A stretch of 64,000 bases of DNA from Eledone cirrhosa (Eukaryota), in the NCBI GenBank assembly GCA_964016885.1, contig OZ024740.1:426188001-426252000 (forward strand). The letters are read 5' to 3'. The notes beneath the pieces were generated by a model. That model did not search any database and was not told where the DNA came from. It worked only from the letters and a program-made list of their open reading frames with translations. This document shows, one piece after another, positions 56,601-64,000 of the stretch. Position 1 is the first letter of the stretch, and each line of letters starts with the position of its first letter. The translations under genes were made by a program, and so were the position numbers.

Positions 56601-59600
56601 TGGTTTGGTAGAAAGATAAAGACACATGTTATATTACATGAGAGAAATGGGAAGGATTGATGGTTTGGTAGAAAGATAAAGACACATGTTATATTACATG
56701 AGATAAATGGGAAGGATTGATGCTTTGGTAGAAAGATAAAGAGACATGTTATATTAGATGAGAGAATTGAGAGGGATTGATGATATGGTAGAAAGATAAA
56801 GACACATGACATATTAGATGAGAGAATTGGGAGGGATTGATGCTTTGGTAGAAAGATAAAGACACATGTTATATTAGATGAGAGAATTGGGAAGGATTGA
56901 TGGTTTGGTAGAAAGATAAAGACACATGTTATATTAGATGAGAGAAATGGGAAGGATTAATGGTTTCGTAGAAAGATAAAGACACATGTTATATTAGATG
57001 AGAGAATTGGGAGGGATTGATAGTTTGGTAGAAAGATAATGACACATGTTATATTACATGAGAGGCGTGGGAGGGATTGATGGTTTGGTAGAAAGATAAA
57101 ACACATGTTATATTACATGAGAGAAATGGGAAGGATTGATGGTTTGGTAGAAAGATAAAGACACATGTTATATTAAATGAGAGGCGTGGGAGGGACTGAT
57201 GGTTTGGTAGAAAGATAAAGACACATGTTATATTACATGAGAGAATTGGGAGGGATTGATGGTTTAGTAGAAAGATAAAGACACATGTTATATTAGATGA
57301 GATAATTGGCAAAGGGATTGATGGCTTGGTTGAAAGATAAAGACACATGTTATATTAGATGAGATAATTGGGAGGATTGATGGTTTGGTAGAAAGATAAA
57401 GACACATGTTATATTAGATGAGAGAAATGGGAAGGATTGATGGTTTAGTAGAAAGATAAAGACACATGTTGTATTAGATGAGATAATTGGGAGAGATTGA
57501 TGGTTTGGTAGAAAGATAAAGACACATGTTATATTACATGAGAGAAATGGGAAGGATTGATGGTTTGGTAGAAAGATAAAGACACATGATATATTAGATG
57601 AGATAATTGGGAGGATTGATGGTTTGGTAGAAAGATAAAGACATGTTATATTTGATGAGAGAATTGGGAAGGATTGATGGTTTGGTAGAAAGATAAAGAC
57701 ACATGTTATATTAGATGAGATGCATGGGAAGGATTGATGGTTTGGTAGAAAGATAAAGACACATGTTATATTACATGAGAGAAATGGGAAGGATTGATGG
57801 TTTGGTAGAAAGATAAAGACACATGTTATATTACATGAGAGGCGTGGGAGGGATTGATGGTTTGGTAGAAAGATAAAGACACATGTTATATTAGATGAGA
57901 GAATTGGGAGGGTTTGATGGTTTGGTAGAAAGATAAAGACACATGTTATATTAGATGAGAGAATTGAGAGGGATTGATGATTTGGCAGAAAGATAAAGAC
58001 ACATGTTATATTAGATGAGAGAATTGGGAGGGATTGATGGTTTGATAGAGAGATAAAGACACATGTTATATCAGATGAGAGAATTGGGAGGGATTGATGG
58101 TTTGGTAGAAAGATAAAGACACATGTTATATTAGATGAGAGAAATGGGAGGGATTGATGGTTTGGAAGAAAGATAAAGACACATGTTATATTAGATGAGG
58201 GAAATGGGAGAGATTGATGGTTTGGTAGAAAGATAAAGACACATGTTATATTAGATTAGAGAATTGGAAGGGATTGATGGTTTGGTAGAAAGATAAATAC
58301 ACATGTTATATTAGATGAGAGAATTGGGTGGGATTGATGGTTTGGTAGAAAGATAAAGACACATGTTATATTACATGAGAGAAATGCGAAGGATTGATGG
58401 TTTGGTAGAAAGATAAAGACACATGACATATTAGCTGAGAGAATTGGGAAGGATTGGTGGTTTGGTAGAAAGATAAAGACACATGTTATATTACATGAAA
58501 GAAATGGGAAGGATTGGTGGTTTGGTAGAAAGATAAAGACACATGTTATATTAGATGAGAGAATTGGGAGGGATTGTTGGTTCAGTAGAAACATAAAGAC
58601 ACATGTCATATTAGATGAGAGAATTGGGAGAGATTGATGGTTTGGTAGAAAGATAAAGACACATGTTATATTAGATGAGAGAATTGGGAGGTATTGATGG
58701 TTTGGTAGAAAGATAAAGACACATGTTATATTAGATGAGAGAATTGGGAGGGATTGATGGTTTGGTAGAAAGATAAAGACACATGTTATATTAGATGAGA
58801 GAAATGAGAAGGATTGATGGTTTGGTAGAAAGATAAAGACACATGTTATATTAGATGAGAGAATTGGGAAGGAGTGATGCTTTGGTAGAAAGATAAAGAC
58901 ACATGTTATATTACATGAGAGAAATGGGAGGGATTGATGGTTTGGTAGAAAGATAAAGACACATGTTATATTTGATGAGAGAATTGGGTGGGATTGATGA
59001 TTTGGTAGAAAGATAAAGCCACATGTTATATGAGAGAAATGGGAAGGATTGATGGTTTGGTAGAAAGATAAAGACACATGTTATATTAGCTGAGAGAATT
59101 GGGAAGGATTGGTGGTTTGGTAGAAAGATAAAAACACATGTTATATTACATGAAAGAAATGGGAAGGATTGATGGTTTGGTAGAAAGATAAAGACACATG
59201 TTATATTACATGAAAGAAATGGGAAGGATTGGTGGTTTGGTAGAAAGATAAAGACATATGTTATATTACATGAAAGAAATGGGAAGAATTGGTGGTTTGG
59301 TAGAAATATAAAGACACATGTTATATTAGATGAGAGAATTGGGAAGGATTGGTGGTTTGGTAGAAAGATAAAGACACATGTTATATTAGATGAGAGAATT
59401 GGGAGGGATTGATGGTTTGGTAGAATGATAAAGACACATGTTATATTAGATGAGAGAATTGGGAGAGATTGATGGTTTGGTAGAAAGATAAAGACACATG
59501 TTATATTAGATGAGAGAAATGGGAAGGATTGATGGTTTGGTAGAAAGATAAAGACACATGTTATATCAGATGAGAGAATTGTGAAGGATTGATGGTTTGG

Positions 59601-62600
59601 TAGAAAGATAAAAACACTTGTTATATTAGATGAGAGAATTGGGAGGGAATGATGGTTTGGTAGAAAGATAAAGACACATCTCATAATAGATGAGAGGCGT
59701 GGGAGGGATTGATGGTTTGGTAGAAAGATAAAGACACATGTTATAATAGATGAGAGAATTGGGAGGGATTGATGGTTAGGTAGAAAGATAAAGACACGTG
59801 TTATATTAGATGAGAGAATTGGGAGGGATTGATGGTTTGGTAGAAAGATAAAGACACGTGTTATATTAGATGAGAGGCGTGGGAGGGATTGATGGTTTGG
59901 TAGAAAGATAAAGACACATGTTATATTACATGAGAGAAATGGGAAGGATTTGATGGTTTGGTAGAAAGATAAAAACACATGTTATATTAGATGAGAGAAA
60001 TGGGAAGAATTGATGGTTTGGTAGAAAGATAAAGACACATGTTATATTACATGAGAGGCGTGGGAGGGATTGATGGTTTGTTTGAAAGATAAAGACACAT
60101 GTTATATTACATGAGAGACATGGGAAGGATTGATGGTTTGGTAGAAAGATAAAGACACATGTTATATTAGATTAGAGAATTGGAAGGGATTGATGGTTTG
60201 GTAGAAAGATGAAGACACATGTTATATTAGATGAGAGAAATGGGAAGGATTGATGGTTAGGTAGAAAGATAAAGACACGTGTTATATTAGATGAGAGAAT
60301 TGGGAGGGAATGATGGTTTGGTAGAAAGATAAAGACACATCTCATAATAGATGAGAGGCGTGGGAGGGATTGATGGTTTGGTAGAAAGATAAAGACACAT
60401 TTTATATCAGATGAGAGAATTGGGAGGGATTGGTGGTTTGGTAGAAAGATAAAGACACATGTTATATTAGATGAGAGAAATGGGAAGGATTGATGGTTTG
60501 GTAGAAAGATAAAAACACATGTTATATTAGATGAGAGAAATGGGAAGGATTGATGGTTTGGTAGAAAGATAAAGACACATGTTATATTACATGAGAGGCG
60601 TGGGAGGGATTGATGGTTTGTTTGAAAGATAAAGACACATGTTATATTACATGAGAGAAATGGGAAGGATTGATGGTTTGGTAGAAAGATAAAGACACAT
60701 GTTATATTAGATTAGAGAATTGGAAGGGATTGATGGTTTGGTAGAAAGATGAAGACACATGTTATATTAGATGAGAGAAATGGGAAGGATTGATGGTTTC
60801 GTAGAAAGATAAAGACACATGTTATATTAGCTGAGATAATTGGGAAGGATTGGTGGTTTGGTAGAAAGATAAAGACACATGTTATATTACATGAAAGAAA
60901 TGGGAAGGATTGATGGTTTGGTAGAAAGATAAAGACACATGTTATATTACATGAAAGAAATGGGAAGGATTGGTGGTTTGGTAGAAAGATATAGACAGAT
61001 GTTATATTACATGAAAGAAATGGGAAGGATTGGTGGTTTGGTAGAAAGATAAAGACACATGTTATATTAGAGGAGAGAATTGGGAGAGATTGATGGTTTG
61101 GTAGAAAGATAAAGACACATGTTATATTAGATGAGAGAAATGAGAAGGATTGATGGTTTGGTAGAAAGATAAATACACATGTTATATTAGATCAGAGAAT
61201 TGGGAAGAAGTGATGCTTTGGTAGAAAGATAAAGACACATGTTATATTACATGAGAGAAATGGGAGGGATTGATGGTTTGGTAGAAAGATAAAGACACAT
61301 GTTTTATTAGATGAGAGAAATGGGATGGATTGATGGTTTGGTAGAAAGATAAAGACACATGTTATATTTGATCAGAGAATTGGGTGGGATTGATGGTTTG
61401 GTAGAAAGATAAAGCCACATGTTATATTACATGAGAGAAATGGGAAGGATTGATGGTTTGGTAGAAAGATAAAGACACATGTTATATTAGCTGAGAGAAT
61501 TGGGAAGGATTGGTGGTTTGGTAGATAGATAAAGACACATGTTATATTATATGAAAGAAATGGGAAGGATTGATGGTTTGGTAGAAAGATAAAGACACAT
61601 GTTATATTACATGAAAGAAATGAAAGGATTGGTGGTTTGGTAGAAAGATAAAGACACCTGTTATATTAGATGAGAGAATTGGGAGGGATTGATGGTTTGG
61701 TAGAATGATAAAGACACATGTTATATCAGATGAGAGAATTGGGAGAGATTGATGGTTTGGTAGAAAGATAAAGACACATGTTATATTAGATGAGAGAATT
61801 GGGAGAGATTGATGGTTTGGTAGAAAGATAAAGACACATGTTATATTAAATGAGAGAATTGTGAAGGATTGATGGTTTGGTAGAAAGATAAAAACACTTG
61901 TTATATTAGATGAGAGAATTGGGAGGGAATGATGGTTTGGTAGAAAGATAAAGACACATGTTATATTACATGAGAGAATTGGGAAGGATTGAAGGTTTGG
62001 TAGAAAGATAAAGACACATGTTATATTACATGAGAGGCGTGGGAGGGATTGATGGTTTGTTTTAAAGATAAAGACACATGTTATATTACATGAGAGAAAT
62101 GGGAAGGATTGATGGTTTGGTAGAAAGATAAAGACACATGTTATATTAGATTAGAGAATTGGAAGGGATTGATGGTTTGGTAGAAAGATGAAGACACATG
62201 TTATATTAGATGAGAGAAATGGGAAGGATTGATGGTTTCGTAGAAAGATAAAGATACATGTTATATTAGATGAGAGAATTGGGAGGGATTGATGGTTTGG
62301 TAGAAAGATAAAGACACATGTTATATTAGATGAGAGAAATGGGAAGGATTGATGCTTTGGTAGCAAGATAAAGACACATGTTATTTTTGATGAGAGAATT
62401 GGGTGGGATTGATGGTTTGGTAGAAAGTTAAAGACACATGTTATATTACATGAGAGAAATGGGAAGGATTGATGGTTTGGTAGAAAGATAAAGACACATG
62501 TTATATTACATGAGAGAAATGGGAGGGATTGATGGTTTGGTAGAAAGATAAAGACACATGTTATATTAGATGAGAGAATTGGGAGGGATTGATGGTTTAG

Positions 62601-64000
62601 TAGAAAGATAAAGACACATGTTATATTAGATGAGAGAAATGAGAAGGATTGATGGTTTGGTAGAAAGATAAATACACATGTTATATTAGATGAGAGAATT
62701 GGGAAGAAGTGATGCTTTGGTAGAAAGATAAAGACACATGTTATATTACATGAGAGAAATGGGAGGGATTGATGGTTTGGTAGAAAGATAAAGACACATG
62801 TTATATTAGATGAGAGAAATGGGAAGGATTGATGGTTTGGTAGAAAGATAAAGACACATGTTATATTAGATGAGATAATTGGGAGGGATTGATGGCTTGG
62901 TTGAAAGATAAAGACACATGTTATATTAGATGAGATAATTGGGAGGGATTGATGGTTTAGTAGAAAGATAAAGACACATGTTATATTAGATGAGATAATT
63001 GGGAGGGATTGATGGCTTGGTTGAAAGATAAAGACACATGTTATATTAGATGAGATAATTAGGAGGATTGATGGTTTGGTAGAAAGATAAAGACTCATGT
63101 TATATTAGATGAGAGAAATGGGAAGGATTGATGGTTTAGTAGAAAGATAAAGACACATGTTGTATTAGATGAGATAATTGGGAGAGATTGATGGTTTGGT
63201 AGAAAGATAAAGACACATGTTATATTACATGAGAGAAATGGGAAGGATTGATGGTTTGGTAGAAAGATAAAGACACATGTTATATTACATGAGAGGCGTG
63301 GGAGGGATTGATGGTTTGGTAGAAAGATAAAGACACATGTTATATTAGATGAGAGAATTGGGAGGGATTGATGGTTTGGTAGAAAGATAAAGACACATGT
63401 TATATTTGATGAGAGAATTGGGAAGGATTGATGGTTTGGTAGAAAGATAAAGACACGTGTTATATTAGATGAGATGCATGGGAAGGATTGATGGTTTGGT
63501 AGAAAGATAAAGACACATGTTATATTACATGAGAGAAATGGGAAGGATTGATGGTTTGGTAGAAAGATAAAGACACATGTTATATTACATGAGAGGCGTG
63601 GGAGGGATTGATGGTTTGGTAGAAAGATAAAGACACATGTTATATTAGATGAGAGAATTGGGAGGGATTGATGGTTTGGTAGAAAGATAAAGACACATGT
63701 TATATTAGATGAGAGAATTGAGAGGGATTGATGATTTGGTAGAAAGATAAAGACACATGTTATATTAGATGAGAGAATTGGGAGGGATTGATGGTTTGGT
63801 AGAAAGATAAAGACACATGTTATATTAGATGAGAGAAATGAGAAGGATTGATGGTTTGGTAGAAAGATAAATACACATGTTATATTAGATGAGAGAATTG
63901 GGAAGAAGTGATGCTTTGGTAGAAAGATAAAGACACATGTTATATTACATGAGAGAAATGGGAGGGATTGATGGTTTGGTAGAAAGATAAAGACACATGT
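17636..64000. repeat. 60-bp satellite array, at least 46 kb, ~770 units, running off the window
   Basis: Consensus GACACATGTTATATTA(G/C)ATGAGAG(AAT/AAA/GCG)TGGGA(G/A)GGATTGATGGTTTGGTAGAAAGATAAA. The 60-bp register is kept apart from small indels, and all units have the same orientation. Confidence 0.99.

Noticed and set aside
17577-63098. Long minus-strand ORFs (up to 800 aa) of CVFIFLPNHQSLPILSSNIT repeats as a giant protein gene
   Set aside because: The 60-bp consensus has one stop-free frame, so long ORFs are automatic. Frameshifts and stops are frequent and are copied in duplicated blocks, and the common variants are mostly non-synonymous.
17636-64000. CRISPR-like array (constant plus variable segment)
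   Set aside because: The variable part is a few alleles of one sequence rather than unique spacers. There are no cas genes and the context is eukaryotic.

Overview
Animal repeat-dominated DNA with no intact host gene. The microsatellite load and SINE type suggest an octopus/cephalopod genome (inference). Bases 1-17,600 are a mosaic of 73-bp and 55-bp minisatellites, (TA)/(CA)/(TATG)/(GTA) microsatellites, three tRNA-derived SINEs, a deleted mariner, and RTE and CRE-like LINE fragments. Bases ~7,090-14,900 form a dense nest of Penelope-like element (PLE) derivatives in (TA)n tracts: two GIY-YIG fragments, five inverted-repeat pairs, and seven type I hammerhead ribozyme motifs from four sequence families, plus one remnant. 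One hammerhead has a ~115-nt stem II. Bases ~17,636-64,000 are one uninterrupted 60-bp satellite array (~770 units) with kb-scale higher-order duplications. Its long ORFs are most likely artefacts of one stop-free frame. Coordinates were read by eye and repeat edges are approximate.
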